Both the position numbers and the translations under genes were made by a program. A stretch of DNA of 64,000 bases from Octopus bimaculoides (Eukaryota): positions 21,128,516 through 21,192,515 of the forward strand of contig NC_068992.1 in assembly GCF_001194135.2 (NCBI RefSeq), written 5' to 3'. This document shows positions 1 to 13,800 of this stretch, one piece after another. How positions within the stretch are numbered: position 1 is the first letter of the stretch; every line of letters starts with the position of its first letter. The notes beneath the pieces are model-generated. The model had not been told where the DNA came from. It searched no databases and saw nothing but the letters and a program-made list of their open reading frames with translations.

Positions 1-164
1 GGTGTGTTTACGTCCCCGTAACTCAGCGGTTCGGCATAAGAGACCGATAGAATAAGTACTAGGTTTCCAAAGAATAAGTCCTGGGGTCGATTTGCTCGAC
101 TAAAGGCGGTGCTCCAGCATGGCCGCAGTCAAATGACTGAAACAAGTAAAAGAGTAAAAGAGTA
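1..164 (+). mobile_element. 3' half of a tRNA-derived SINE with a CR1-like tail
   Basis: Ends GGCGGTGCTCCAGCATGGCCGCAGTCAAATGACTGAAACAAG followed by (TAAAAGAG)n. Related decayed tails occur at about 1810-1950, 6735-6765 and 48560-48732. Confidence 0.75.
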
Positions 165-201
165 TATGCACACGCATGTATATAGATAAATAGGTAGAAA
201 G

Positions 202-262
<61 letters not shown>

Positions 263-630
263 GATAGATGCACTTATTCACACATGTGCATTTGTGTGTG
301 AGTGAAGTCATGTGTGTGCATACACACACATTTTCACACACACTCACTCAAACACACACATATGCAAGTGTGTCTGAATGCAGATATGTATATATATCAA
401 TATAATACACACGTACATACATCCATACGTATTTACGCATAATATGCTATATACACCATGATTAGAGTAATTATCTTAATGCGAATACATGTACAGCATT
501 GTATATCTATGTATGCATGTATACGCATGCATATTTTGCATCACCTGTACACTCACTGACAAGCACAGACACACGAACACACCGACTTTCACACATCTAT
601 ACACGTATACACATATATACATCTATATTA

Positions 631-680
<50 letters not shown>

Positions 681-1459
681 TTACGTATATATTTAGGTAT
701 CTATCCATTTATGTAAGTGTGTACGTATGTATTCATGTCCCTATTACACTAGTTATCATTCTCTCCGATGAATATACGCAGGCTGGTGCATTTATCGTAG
801 CCTGAGTGTGTAAACTGTAAACTGAAGAAAACAAGTCTCCATTATCTGAATTGGTCGTTGAAATTGAGAGAATATCTTTCTCTCGAGTAATAAAGCGCAA
901 TAGCCAAGAATAAGGGGAGATAATTTTACGTTGTTATTTTGTGAAAATCTGTCCTCACCTAACTGCAGCGTGCATATTTTTCAGACATTTAGACTAACTG
1001 ATATTAGGGAGTAACATTAAAGTACTAACATGTTTAGTTACTGTGCTGCACTCGGAAAACTTTTATAGAATTGATCTGCATTTTGCAAAATGTTGCATGG
1101 AGATTGCAAATGATAATTACCCCATGAGTAGTTATAAATGATAACTACTTTACGAACTTTATTAAACCGTTTGAAACGTATAATATGAAATTTTGTTTGA
1201 CTTCTCTCTTTAGCCTTTACAAAAACATTCAAACTTAAAACATAAAATTTGTAATCATACAAGTAACCCCCAACTCGCTAAAATGACTAGCCCTGTGTAA
1301 AAAAATTTAAATTATTTTTTATTACTATTATCTTAGTATAATTTATTGTGATATTATCGTCATGTTTGTAATTATTGTAGGAACGGTAGTCTACAGATCA
1401 GTAATTAATGTCTTTGATTAATCACCGTGTTCAACTTCAATATTCCTTTCTCTCTGCAG

Positions 1460-1517
1460 GAAATATTTAATATATTCAGCAGAATAGATTACGGCAGCAC
1501 CAATACATCGTCTGTAT
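1460..1517 (+). CDS. Candidate internal exon of an unidentified host gene (EIFNIFSRIDYGSTNTSSV+1 nt)
   Basis: Strong acceptor (cctttctctctgcAG at 1458-1459) and consensus donor GTAAGT at 1518. Only one of three frames is open. No homology recognised. Confidence 0.35.
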
Positions 1518-1542
1518 GTAAGTACAAATATATTATTCTCTC

Positions 1543-1685
1543 AACCATATGGTTTCGGGTTCAGTCCCACTGCGTCGCATCTTGAGAAATTATCTTGTAG
1601 TATAAGCTCGAGCCGACCATAGATATGTGAGTGGATTTGGGAGACGGAAGCTGAGAGAAACCCGTCATATATACATGTATGTATG

Positions 1686-1758
<73 letters not shown>

Positions 1759-1950
1759 ATTTGTGTGCGTGTGTGTGTTTGCCCTCCTCCCACCGCTTTG
1801 CAACTGGTGTTGATGTGTTTATGTTCCTGTAACTTAGTGGTTCGGCAAAACTGATCGTTAGATTAAGCACAAGTATGGTTGGTTCATTCAACAAAACCTC
1901 TTCAAGATGACGACCAAGTCTATTGACTCAAACAAGCACAAGATAAAAAA
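1543..1950 (+). mobile_element. Decayed SINE with internal (TA)n/(TG)n microsatellite; same family as 1-164
   Basis: B-box-like GGTTCAGTCCC head, internal (TG)n at about 1693-1760, then a degenerate version of the tail seen at 1-164. Confidence 0.65.
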
Positions 1951-2644
1951 AAACCAAAGGGCGTCCAGTCACCAAAATCCTCGTAATGTCGTAGTGAGAG
2001 ACAAGAACGAATTAGGTTTTTTTTCTTAGTTTATCGAATGATGATTTGTTTATTTGTTTGTATATTCGATCAATGACAGATATATGTAAATGATGACGTG
2101 TTAGTCGTAAGTTTCGATGAAAATTAAAGATGATAGTATATTTAACATGATTATATATAAAATAATCTAAACAGAAGTGGCATGCAAATCACGAACAGAC
2201 GTATGTCTAGCTTTGCTCTAATCTGATACAAGAGTAGTACGCATAGATCTCGATTAATTTCCATCAGTTTTGTCTTAACTGCTTTTACAAGTGGTCGGTA
2301 AATACACAACCGGAAATTTTAGTAAATAATTAATTTAATTCTGATGGAAGAGAATACGATTATGGAAAACCATTTTGTATATCTAATTTTACTACCTCAC
2401 CAGAGAATATAAAGAAACAACGTTATCATTGTATAATAAATAGAGCGACGTTTTAAGAGGAAGATATAAGATGTCGAAGTAATAGATAATACGGGAAATT
2501 AGATTAACAATCGTAAGGACATTGAATCGATTAGAATATAAAAATATATAAAAAACTTGATTTATTATAGTTGATAAATTGGTTGTATTATTATTGCACT
2601 TGTAAACACATACATACATGTTATCCACGGGAAAGACACATACA

Positions 2645-2811
2645 GTTTGACACCAGTGACGTCGCAATTCATTTCAACAGTTGAAGGAGCTGGAGTAACG
2701 TGAAATAAAGTGTATTGCTTAGGAGCACAACATGTAGTCCGGTCCGGGAATCGAATTCATTACTTCATGATTGCGAACCCGACACTGTAACCACTGAGCC
2801 ATGCGCCTTCA
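2645..2811 (-). mobile_element. tRNA-derived SINE, 5' portion
   Basis: Minus strand reads GAAGGCGCATGGCTCAGTGGTTA (A box) ... GAATTCGATTCCC (B-box-like), then a CORE-like body. Confidence 0.65.
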
Positions 2812-3433
2812 CAATACTATTTTATTAAAATATAAAATAAGCATGGTAAAAGTAATAAGGTAATATTAACGGATAAGTACTTATGAAAGCAATAATGCAA
2901 GCTTATAAAAATTATAGAGTTAGATATTTTTATGAAGATATAATTATATAAGTAATAATATGATTCTTAGGTGGGAATATAGGATATATAAAGGGTTTGA
3001 ATGGAAGGACGAATTTGTTAATCTAGGTGCTCTCGAGTTTAGGAACGAAAAGTTTGTGAGTTGTGAAATGCCTTTTTGAACAAAAGCAGATTTGAAATTT
3101 TATGAGTGTAAATTAGAAAGAATGGGGGTTAAATGGAATAGCGAGGGTGTATAAGATGTAGAAGTGGTCATCAATCAGGTGTGGAGTTACTGATGTGCGT
3201 AATTAGCTTCTATTATTATATGAAGGCAGTATCAGAATATAGAATATTTAATAAAGTACGACTAATACACCACCTACGGTTACTCTTACAATAGGTAAAG
3301 TAATTCGCAGGTGGTAAGACAATATTAAAAACATATAGATGCTCAACTCTCAGAAACAAATATAAAGTATAAAGAATGACGCGCACCCCCATCATACATA
3401 CACACATACATTAATATGATAGTGAAAATCAGA

Positions 3434-3506
<73 letters not shown>

Positions 3507-3668
3507 GCAAATATCTAACCATAGAGTGCAAGAAAAATCAAGTGCAGGAAAAAAAAAGCAGTTCAGATCAATAGAATAACGGAAATATAGCTGTTATCAA
3601 AAGATACTGATTATGCAAATAATGAGGTTATGGGAAACGAATGATTGTTTCGGTATCGCATTGATGTA

Positions 3669-4055
3669 GTGGGGGCGCAATGGCCCAGTGGTTAGGACAG
3701 CGGACTCGCGGTCATAGGATCGCAGTTTCGATTCCCAGACCGGGCGTTGTGAGTGTTTATTGAGCGAAAACACCTAAAAGCTCCACTAGGCTCCGGCAGG
3801 GGATGGTGGTGAACCCTTCTGTACTATTTCACCACAACTTTCTCTCACTCTTACTTCCTGTTTCTGTTGTGCCTGTTATTCAAAGGGTCAGCCTTATCGC
3901 ACTGTGTCACACTGAACATCCCCGAGAACTACGTTAAGGATACAGGTGTCTGTGGAGTGCTCAGCCACTTTGACGTTAATTTCACGAGCAGGCACTTCCG
4001 TCGATTGGATCAACTGGAACCCTCGACGTCGTAAGCGACGGAGTGCCAACAAAGT
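3669..4055 (+). mobile_element. Full-length tRNA-derived SINE (probably an OR-type octopus family)
   Basis: A box TGGCCCAGTGG and B-box-like GTTTCGATTCC. About 380-bp body shared with 57158-57543. Flanked by a 9-bp direct repeat ATTGATGTA (3660-3668 and 4056-4064), read as a TSD. Confidence 0.85.
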
Positions 4056-6130
4056 ATTGATGTAAAATATTTAAGGGCTTTTTTATTGTTTTCTATGGGC
4101 AAGGGTGGATTCGGAATAGCATATTTCGAAAACAAGATTTTATGAATTCATAAGATTTTATACACACACAATGTGTTCCATTTTAAAATGTAACCGCTGG
4201 AAGTTGTTCTAAAATTTCACAGAAATCCTGCTATTTTTATGTCATCAATTAGGGTTTGTAAAATGTAAATATGGTTACAATGCCGCATTATCTACTACGT
4301 CTAATTCTGCACAATATTTGGCAAATTCCAACCAGTTCAAATGTGAGTTGCCTATGTACAATATTAATATCATTATTTGCAACTGCTTTAAATCTAGTAA
4401 CCATTCTTTAAACCATAAATGTCAACTTGAATACATTCCATAGCAATTATTAGAACCCTGCATAGGTAAACATGCTAATAAAAGTAAGTGGAGGATTGTT
4501 TAAGTTAGTAGTACAATTTCTCATTTTAAACACGTTGTATATATAATAACATTTATGATGAAGTTGGCAGCCACTTTTACATATATGTATGTTTACACTT
4601 GTTAGCTTATGTAAGTCTGCCAAGATATATAAAAATATTGGTATTGATATAACAATATACATACATGCGCGTGTTGCGGGGGGGAGGTGATGTACTGAAA
4701 GTCGTTTTCGACATTGCAACATAGACTTCAATTGAAATATTTTGGGATATACACTTACAAAGCTACGTTTCTATAATGGAGTTATTACGACATTGTCTGA
4801 TAATTTATATGCTCCGACCGTGGCTGGTTATTAGAGAGAATAGCAGATAAACGGTTCTAAATTTAATTAAACTGGTAAACCTCACTGACTATCGTGGACT
4901 GGTGGATAAGCAGTTCTGTATTTTCATACAAAAATTTAAACCTGGTTCGTTTTTGGTTCCCAGAATGAAAGAAATGTTTTATTTATGCATTCAAGAGATA
5001 GGGAAATGTAGAAAGAATAACAACGGGATAAATTCATAGGGAAAATACTATAAAATTATTTAATTCAGTTAAGCAAGTTATCGTTTCTAATTGCTATGAG
5101 TGCTGTACAATGTTACCTTCCGGTCAATTCATTCGAGTCAATTTATCTGCGTAAACTGCAAAGCCATATAATATTCCCTTCATATTTTCCTTCCAATTTG
5201 TTTCTTTTGTAAAGGAAACAATTATTTAAGAACGTTGAATGAGTTTTCGTTGTATTTTTAAAGGAAACAGAACTCTCAGGCTAACGAAAACTGACTTTAA
5301 CTCTGAATCTATATAGGTTGAATTCTGAAGTGCTCGTCTCCTATCTAGAATTAACTGCTTTTTTATCATTTGACATAAAAGATATTTGCATAAAAATTAA
5401 TAACGTTTTGAATGGTCAGAACAGACTTACGGAAACCGATGATGTGAGCTGAATCACAGAAATGGATGGCCAACTACTAGTCATATAAATGTCTTTTCTT
5501 GGTTGATCACAAGCCAATCTTTATACTCATGGGTTAGAAATAGCAAAGAATTCTTTATAAAATTGCACTATACTTTCTTGAAAATGGAGAAGACATTGCA
5601 TAATATGATGCTGGATTCACAACACAAACAAAAATGACGAGATTATCATGGTAGGAAAGATTTCGATCAAATGTCTATGGGGTTAGAACCGACACGTGAG
5701 GAAGCAATGGCAACATAATAATTGAAAGGATAGTTGCAATATTAATGAGAATTGAAAACGTATTTATAGAAAGCTTTTAATATCTGAAATGGATCCCGTA
5801 AATAGAACATTCCGTTTAATAAAACTTTGATAGATTTTTCTCAGAAAATTTAAGTTATGCTCAAAAAGTCTATTTATATACTTTATGAATACGAGTGATA
5901 TGACGAAAAAATGATTTTGATTAAATTGTTGTAGGCAATATATAGACACGATAAAATATATTTCTTTAAATTACCAATTGCTAACGCTAAGTGTTATTAT
6001 GTAGGCGACAAGATTCTACGGAATCGAATACAAGACCTAATTTTATATTCTGATTGTAGCTATTGCACTTTAGTGACATCCATATTACAAGTCTTCCACA
6101 TAGCGCCAGTGTCAATATTCATATTTTCAG

Positions 6131-6183
6131 CAGCTGAATCTATTATTTTCTCAAAGATACAAACACGAACAAGAAAATGTGAG
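6131..6183 (+). CDS. Candidate internal exon of an unidentified host gene (xAESIIFSKIQTRTRKCE)
   Basis: Acceptor atattttcAG (NAGNAG site) and donor GAG|GTAAAT. Phase-compatible with the candidate exon at 1460-1517. No homology recognised. Confidence 0.3.
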
Positions 6184-7782
6184 GTAAATTTCGATTTCTT
6201 GATGTACAACACTAATTCAAATTCTTGATGTACCACACAACACAGAATCCGTGATCAGGGAGTTCAAAGACTAGAATGCATTTTATATACCCTAAAGGTT
6301 TATATATATGGATATGTGTGTGTGTGTGTGTGTGTGTGTTTCAGTTTGTGCATGTATATATATGCTTATATAAGTGTGTGTATGTGTGTGCTTTTTCATG
6401 TATGTATATAGATACATACATATACATATGGCACTGGATGGGGATGAAAGTTCAGGACTTGTGCCTATAGCAGAAAGAATTATTTACATCCAGCAAAGCG
6501 CTGAGCTGGCAAAAGCTTCGTTCTGAGTTCAAGATCCACCGACGCTAACTTTGTCTTTCATCTTTTGCGGAATGCATGATTCCGTGTGTGCGCTCGCAGA
6601 TGTGTGTATCTATGACTGTATATGCATTTAGCTCTCTGTATATATCTCCAAACACCGATTGACAACGAAAGTATAAATTCCTGACTTGAAAAAAAATAAT
6701 ACGGAGTCGATTGGTTCCGCTGAAACCCTATGAGTTGGTGCCCAGCATGTCTGCAGTACAATGATATATGAGAAGATATGTTCACATACGTAGGTGAATT
6801 CCCACAAAGATGGATTTTAACTTAAAAAATAATCACTGAAGTGGATTTAATTGAATTTCCAGAAATTGGTTGCTTTATGCTTATATCAAATCCTAATTCA
6901 TGCATCTAATATTATTTAATGGTCGAATGGGTACGAGGCGAAAAAAAATTAAACCTATAGCATTCTTTACATCACGATATTGTCACTACTCATACCAGCA
7001 AAAGCATCCACTAAGAAATTCGGTAACTGATAATTCATTCCCTTTCATCAAAGCAGAATTATTTTGTATACGTGTATTTGTAGCTAGATCCTCAATTTTC
7101 TACCTGGCTGGCATTGCATTAGAAAAGTTAGTGGAGCTGATATTCGAGAACAGATGAGAAAAGAAAATGCTTCATCTTGAATAGGGAGCAGAGCAAAGGA
7201 AAAGAAGAAGCTAAAATGAAAGCAGTAAACAAACTGAAAGCAAGAAGTATAAGTATAATAATACATTTGTGTATGGTGGAAATGATATAGCAACAATGGG
7301 AAGGCGAGGTTCGAATAAGGGAGGCCAAAAGCATGCAGTTGTGCGAGCCGAAAGGAACTGAACCTTTTCTTGCAATAGTATTTTGCTGTGCACAAGTTGG
7401 GAAATGTTGTAAAAGAAAAAGTATTGAAAACCATTTTTATCTACAGTAGAGAGCGTTGTTGTCTGCAAGTGCAAGCTGCATTTCGTCTCGAAGAACAAAT
7501 ATCTTGTCTTGACATTATTGCACTAACCTCCAAGCGACGTAAGCGGACTGTCCCCAAATGACCGTTGCTGTATATATCACTGAGGAGGTGAAACCATGTC
7601 AAAACACCGCATCTAGTAGTTTGCTGATGCCATTTGAAGATTGGTATATACTTCAGCTGAAATTTGTTCTGCGAGTCAAAATATAACAGCGAATGTAATT
7701 CACATTGTAGTGTTCAGGGACATTTTAATAATATATGTATCTTATCTATCTCTATATGACACACACAGTTTCTCTCACTTCT

Positions 7783-7803
7783 CCCTCTCTCTCTCTCTTC
7801 TCC

Positions 7804-7886
<83 letters not shown>

Positions 7887-7913
7887 CGCTCTCTCTCTCT
7901 CTCGCTCTCTCTC

Positions 7914-7948
<35 letters not shown>

Positions 7949-7950
7949 CT
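7783..7950. repeat. (CT)n microsatellite
   Basis: Directly visible; it produces the spurious SL/RE-repeat ORFs in the track. Confidence 0.95.
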
Positions 7951-9068
7951 GTATATAAATATATATATATTAAACATATACATACATACATACAAATAAA
8001 TATGTATACATGATAGACACAATGAAGGGATGCATAATTTTACCATTAATCACAGATGGTCAAGAGTGTACTAAGACTTAAAAAACGACGAACTATGTTA
8101 TAAGTCTATGCATAGATAAAATATATCATGCTTATGACTGTAAACTGCATCAGATTATAAGGCCCTGTATCCTTTCGGGGTCGATAAAATAAGCACCAGT
8201 TGATCACTGGAATCTAATTAATCTACTTCCCCTACCGTTATTGCTGCCCTTTTCCCAAAATTTGAAACCAATATAGTCAACGATTCTCCTCCTCCGAATT
8301 CTAAACTTAACGACAACATTTGAATACAGAGTACAGGACAAAATACCGAGTAATTACTGTCGTTATTGATTTTGTCGTTACTGACGATGACCTTAAGTCA
8401 CATACAACAACAGACGCATGCTAATGCTAGAAAGAAACCTGTTTCTTTTTCATTTTTGTCTGTTGTTGTTTGTTTTTGGTTCTAGACATTTGGTTCTACA
8501 CAATTATAAGCAGCTAAAGTAACTACATATTGCTAAGAATATAAATAGACGGCGACTGAATGACAAAATGTCTACGTAGACATAAGTTCTGCTTTAAAAA
8601 ATGCCCAAATATCCCTGAAATCACTGCCTGCAATTCAAAAGATAAATACATCTTGCATAATCTATTCGATCAGATAAAGCATTCCCGAAAAACAAAACAA
8701 ATTACGGTAAGGTCACGGCTACACTACTTTTAATCATAAGTCTGCTTGATCTAGGCGATCAACAACAGCAACAATAACAAGAAAAACAGGAGAAACGGCA
8801 ATAAAAACAATAGCAACTACTACTACCTTCACTTGCAAGCATTTATTACAGTTTGTTGTTGGCAATATTTATGCCATTTTATGAAAGATATTGGTTTTTG
8901 TTTTAAATAATTCTATTTGTTGCAGCCATTATTGATGTGATCGAAAGACAATAATATTATTAACGATCTGTAAATGACGTGTTGCCTTTAGTTATGTTTT
9001 CTGTCATTATTCATGTTATGCTATTGTGGTGTGTTGGCAGCAGAAATAATACGACAGTAGACTAAGTG

Positions 9069-9351
9069 CACTACGATAAGGATAAGACACGTGTCCAAGT
9101 GGTTACGGTGAGAGCTTGGGTTCGAGTTACTGCCTCTGCGATGCAGCCCACGACGTCCTACATCAAGCAAGGTACTCCATATTTTGCGGCTCGAATGTAC
9201 GAATATGAACACTACAATAGGGATAAGACACGTGGCCAAGTGGTTACGGTGAGAGCGTGGGTTCGAATTACTGCCTCTGCGATGCAGCCCACTACGTCCT
9301 ACATCTAGCAAAATACTCCATTTTTTGCAGCTCGCATGCACACATATGAAC
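9069..9351 (+). repeat. Tandem duplication of a 141-bp unit with tRNA-like A and B boxes
   Basis: Units start at 9069 and 9210. The second unit has TGGCCAAGTGG (9233-9243), GGTTCGAATTA (9260-9270) and a downstream T6 run. Confidence 0.85.
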
Positions 9352-9777
9352 ATGATCACTACTAGTTACTGTTGTTTCTGCTGCAGCAGTTGCTGTTGGT
9401 AGCCTTTGCGATTGACTGTTGTTTCGTCTGGAGCAATGGTTCCCACCCTGGATCCATGTGATCCCTGAAGATTCAAATAAGAAAATTGTAAATAGGGAAT
9501 CCTCAGTAGTATATTAAGTTATAATCAGCCATATTTGGGGTGAAAAATATCTAAGGACTCAGTGCATAATGTAACCCTGGGACAATATTCATGTTGAAAT
9601 AATAAAGAGGGCGTGAAATTCTCGTTGGAATGAATTTGGATCTTAAATCTGTGCCCGATCAGGGCTTACCACGGGCAAGTCAAAATTCTACAACAGTTAG
9701 TTTCATGCTTTTAGGCTCTGATTCGAATCAATCGGATATCAGTTTGCACTTTTCATTATCTTAATATTCGTGAGGGA

Positions 9778-10200
9778 AAAGGCGGCAAAATTTTTAGCAC
9801 GCCAGGCAAAATGCCTAGCATCATTTCATTCTGAGTTCAAATTCTGCTGAGGTCGACTTTGCCTTTAATCCCTTTCGGGGTCGATAAAATAGGTACCAGG
9901 TACTTACGTCCACCCCGAAATTGCTGGTCTTGTGTCAAATTTAATGCCAATATTAATGAGGGAGCCAAGACGACGAGATGGCAGAACCTTTAACACGCTG
10001 GGCAAAATGCTTACCGGCATTTCGTTCGTCTTTACGCTCTAAGCTTAAATTCCGCCGAGGCAGACTTACCTTTCAGCCTTTTGGGATCCAATTAAATAAG
10101 CACCAGCTGGGCAATGGGGTTGTTGTCGGTGTAATCGATTTAACATTTCCCACAAAATTACTGTCCTTATGCCAACATTTTAAACAATTTTTGATAATGG
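9778..10200 (+). mobile_element. Two adjacent decayed copies of the GGCGGCGAGCTGGCAGAA-type tRNA SINE
   Basis: Both contain the family core (GAGTTCAAATTC..GAGGTCGACTTTGCCTTT..CCTTTCGGGGTCGATAAA-like). Copies at about 9778-9955 and 9962-10200. Confidence 0.75.
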
Positions 10201-11935
10201 GTTCTCCACATCACTAACAATAATTGAACCATTATGTTATATGATAGATTTTACACTGTGGCCTTCTGAAAATATCAAACACAACTCGCGGATCCCCAGT
10301 ATTACCTTTGTGGATCTCCTATGGATTTGTGGAGTTCAGGTTGGACATAGTATGTATAAGCATGATACATTGTATGTTCTGTATAGTCGTTTGCCTATAT
10401 TCTGGAAATAACAGCTAAATCCACTTCCAATTAATTCCTATCGTCTTAGGTAAAGACACATAAAATAATGTCTAACGTGAATTCAATCTATGTGATAGAC
10501 CTAGATAAAATATGTTTGATCTGCCTTATTGATCATAGGTGACCTGGGGTTAAACAACAGCAGCAACACACAGCAAGCTAATAACGCTTGTAGTAAAATA
10601 TGAATCCTCAACTTGTTCCATAGATCTGCCAGAAATAACAACCAAATTTCTTTTTATTTTTCTTTCTAAAACCCACACCTACATAGAATCAAATACAGAA
10701 TTCCTCAGATAATGTACATCGAGACAAATTATCTGAAGCTAAAGAAGAAAGAGCGGTCGCCGCTAAAACGTCTTTCATGTGTTGATGAGAAGGAATGTTG
10801 GATATTGGTGGTTATGTAAAAAGGAAGACAGAGAAACCAGCCAAATAGAAAAAAATGGGCCTGACATGATGATTGAGACGGAGACGATTATGATGGTGAC
10901 CTTAATAACTAGGTTAATTTCGTAGCTGTCGGTTGTGGAAACGGTGTAGGTGGTGGCACTGGTAGTGGTAGTGGTGGAGATGCCGGCGCTGGTGGTGATA
11001 GTGGTGAATGTGGGGCCGCTGCTGGTGGTANNNNNNNNNNNNNNNNNNNNNNNNNNNNNNNNNNNNNNNNNNNNNNNNNNNNNNNNNNNNNNNNNNNNNN
11101 NNNNNNNNNNNNNNNNNNNNNNNNNNNNNNNNNNNNNNNNNNNNNNNNNNNNNNNNNNNNNNNNNNNNNNNNNNNNNNNNNNNNNNNNNNNNNNNNNNNN
11201 NNNNNNNNNNNNNNNNNNNNNNNNNNNNNNNNNNNNNNNNNNNNNNNNNNNNNNNNNNNNNNNNNNNNNNNNNNNNNNNNNNNNNNNNNNNNNNNNNNNN
11301 NNNNNNNNNNNNNNNNNNNNNNNNNNNNNNNNNNNNNNNNNNNNNNNNNNNNNNNNNNNNNNNNNNNNNNNNNNNNNNNNNNNNNNNNNNNNNNNNNNNN
11401 NNNNNNNNNNNNNNNNNNNNNNNNNNNNNNNNNNNNNNNNNNNNNNNNNNNNNNNNNNNNNNNNNNNNNNNNNNNNNNNNNNNNNNNNNNNNNNNNNNNN
11501 NNNNNNNNNNNNNNNNNNNNNNNNNNNNNNNNNNNNNNNNNNNNNNNNNNNNNNNNNNNNNNNNNNNNNNNNNNNNNNNNNNNNNNNNNNNNNNNNNNNN
11601 NNNNNNNNNNNNNNNNNNNNNNNNNNNNNNNNNNNNNNNNNNNNNNNNNNNNNNNNNNGTAGATCTTGATGATAGTGATTATTATTTCATATCGATGGCA
11701 TATTCTTTGGGATCAAACATGTAGAATGAACGATGCGGAGAATGGCGATGACGACGACGACGACGACGCCACCGGGTTATGGTGAAATTGGTGGTCGTGT
11801 AGGTCACAGCAGTAGTAGAATCAGTAAGAGGGGGATGGCCGTGACGGAGGTGGCGCTGACTTTCTTGTGGAATTGTCGGTGGGTGAGTAATAATGTGTGC
11901 TACGGACATTGTTGGACGCAACGTGGATGACACTG

Positions 11936-11938
11936 ATG

Positions 11939-11993
<55 letters not shown>

Positions 11994-12103
11994 CAGTAGT
12001 TGCAGCAGCAGCAGGAGCAGCTATACTGGTCATAGTAGTTGTAGTGGTAGCAGTAGCAGCAGTGGCAGAAGGCACAGCTGCAGCAGCAGCAGCAGTAGTA
12101 GCG

Positions 12104-12144
<41 letters not shown>

Positions 12145-12145
12145 T

Positions 12146-12189
<44 letters not shown>

Positions 12190-12195
12190 TGTTGT
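11936..12195. repeat. Compound (AGT)n/(AGC)n trinucleotide array
   Basis: Directly visible; source of the poly-S/V/T ORFs. Confidence 0.95.
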
Positions 12196-13379
12196 GATGA
12201 TGAGGATGGGTTAATGATTATAATGAAACTGATTATTTTGCTGATAAACGTCGTGATGGTGGTGGTAGTGGTGGTGGTGGNNNNNNNNNNNNNNNNNNNN
12301 NNNNNNNNNNNNNNNNNNNNNNNNNNNNNNNNNNNNNNNNNNNNNNNNNNNNNNNNNNNNNNNNNNNNNNNNNNNNNNNNNNNNNNNNNNNNNNNNNNNN
12401 NNNNNNNNNNGGAGGTGGTGGTGGTGATGGTGGTGGTGGTGGTAGTGGTGGTGGTGGCGGTGGTGTCTTCTGTAGCATTTCCGAGAGGGAGGTGTAAGTA
12501 ACGGCGAGTGTGGTTTTCATTATGCAAAGATGACATCGCTGCTGCTGCTGATGATGATGATGAGGACGACGATGATCATCATCATCATCATCATCTTTAC
12601 CATTATCGTTGCCAGTGTTCTTATTGTTTTCATTTTTTGGTCTTCTTATTTTTTGTTTTTAGTGTTATCTGATTTCTTGGCTTTGTTATCGACCAAGCCA
12701 TGCAAACAATTACTACTTTATCCTAGCAAAATCCAATAATCTGATAATCCGGTTCTAAAACCGCCATTTTTCTTTTTTTCTTTTTTTGTATCTGATAGAT
12801 GTCACAGTTTTGAGACACTGAGTTAATCCGGGATAGAAACCTATACCGTCAACATCGATGCCTCAAAGCTGTCGTCCACAACAACTACCAATACTCCCTG
12901 CCATCCATACCCAACTACTCCCGCTACCATTAACAATATACAACAGTCAAACTAATAATGCGAAGACCCACCAGTATATAACACTACTATCACCACTACC
13001 ACCACCACCACCACCACCAATATTATACGACATTGGTATGTCTCGGTGAATATCCACCTCACCACTACCAACCGTTGTGCAGCAACACTGTCCTAACAGC
13101 ACCAAGACTACTTCTACACAATAGCATCCCCGAAGCAACATAATTTTATTGCTATATACCATTACAAATTAACACTATTCACACAACAAGAAATCAGAGC
13201 TCGCTTTCATAACTACAACCCTTTTCAAAAATTCTATTTCACAGACATTTTCCTGTTTTAAAAAGGATATTGCTAGGCGTAATATATCCAGCAAGGTATT
13301 GCTCTGTTATGTATTGCATTAAACCACTCAGTTAATTTCAATGATATTTTTGATAGTGTAAGAGTTGAATACATTGCCA

Positions 13380-13800
13380 AGAATACATTTCCTTGAACTA
13401 TTGGCTGGAACAAGGAAGTTGAAGTCAGTAGGTCAAGACATAGTGGCTAACTCTGAGACATATTTTCTGAGAAATCTTGAAAACAATTGATAGAAAGGAG
13501 AAACGTACAGCTAGAGATTATTGGAACACTTTCAACTTATAATAACGTAGATGATATAGCTCTGCAATATTATGAAGAGATGGCATCCCTCGGCTATGGT
13601 TTAGAATCAAAGACATAACTCTACAGGTTTCCGAACAGCTGAATATAAACAAGATATAGTGACAAAGGCAAGTGATGTAAGGTTTAAACAAACCGTAGAA
13701 GATGGTGTCGTTGAGTTGCTAGCGACCCATAGAGAAATGTATTATGAGGATCTAATAGGGATTAGAACAAAATGCACGGCTGGGGAAGAGAATTTAGAAG
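13380..13800 (+). mobile_element. Decayed Tigger/pogo (DDE_1) transposase relic
   Basis: Frame-shifted peptides VGQDIVANSETYFLRN (cf. MDQGVIATFKAYYLRR), EILKTIDRKEKRTARDYWNTFNL (cf. xREFWKSFNI) and DGVVELLATHREMYYEDL (cf. DVxELLDSHxEELTNEDL) occur in Tigger order. Confidence 0.6.

Noticed and set aside
3669-3745. tRNA genes at SINE heads (also 48161, 57158, 2750-2811)
   Set aside because: A/B boxes are present but there is no complete cloverleaf; they continue into SINE bodies, three of them with TSDs.
7135-7640. Coding-like block with Cys-rich fragments
   Set aside because: Stops in all frames and no motif I can name; possibly an old transposon.
8381-8410. CTGACGA-TGAC-CTTAA-GTCA hammerhead-like half
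   Set aside because: It has the CUGANGA box and a hairpin, but no GAAA or stem III follows.
12830-13050. Thr/Pro-rich mucin-like reading frame
   Set aside because: Derived from decayed (ACC/AAC)n repeats; the nearby strong acceptor leads to stops in all frames.
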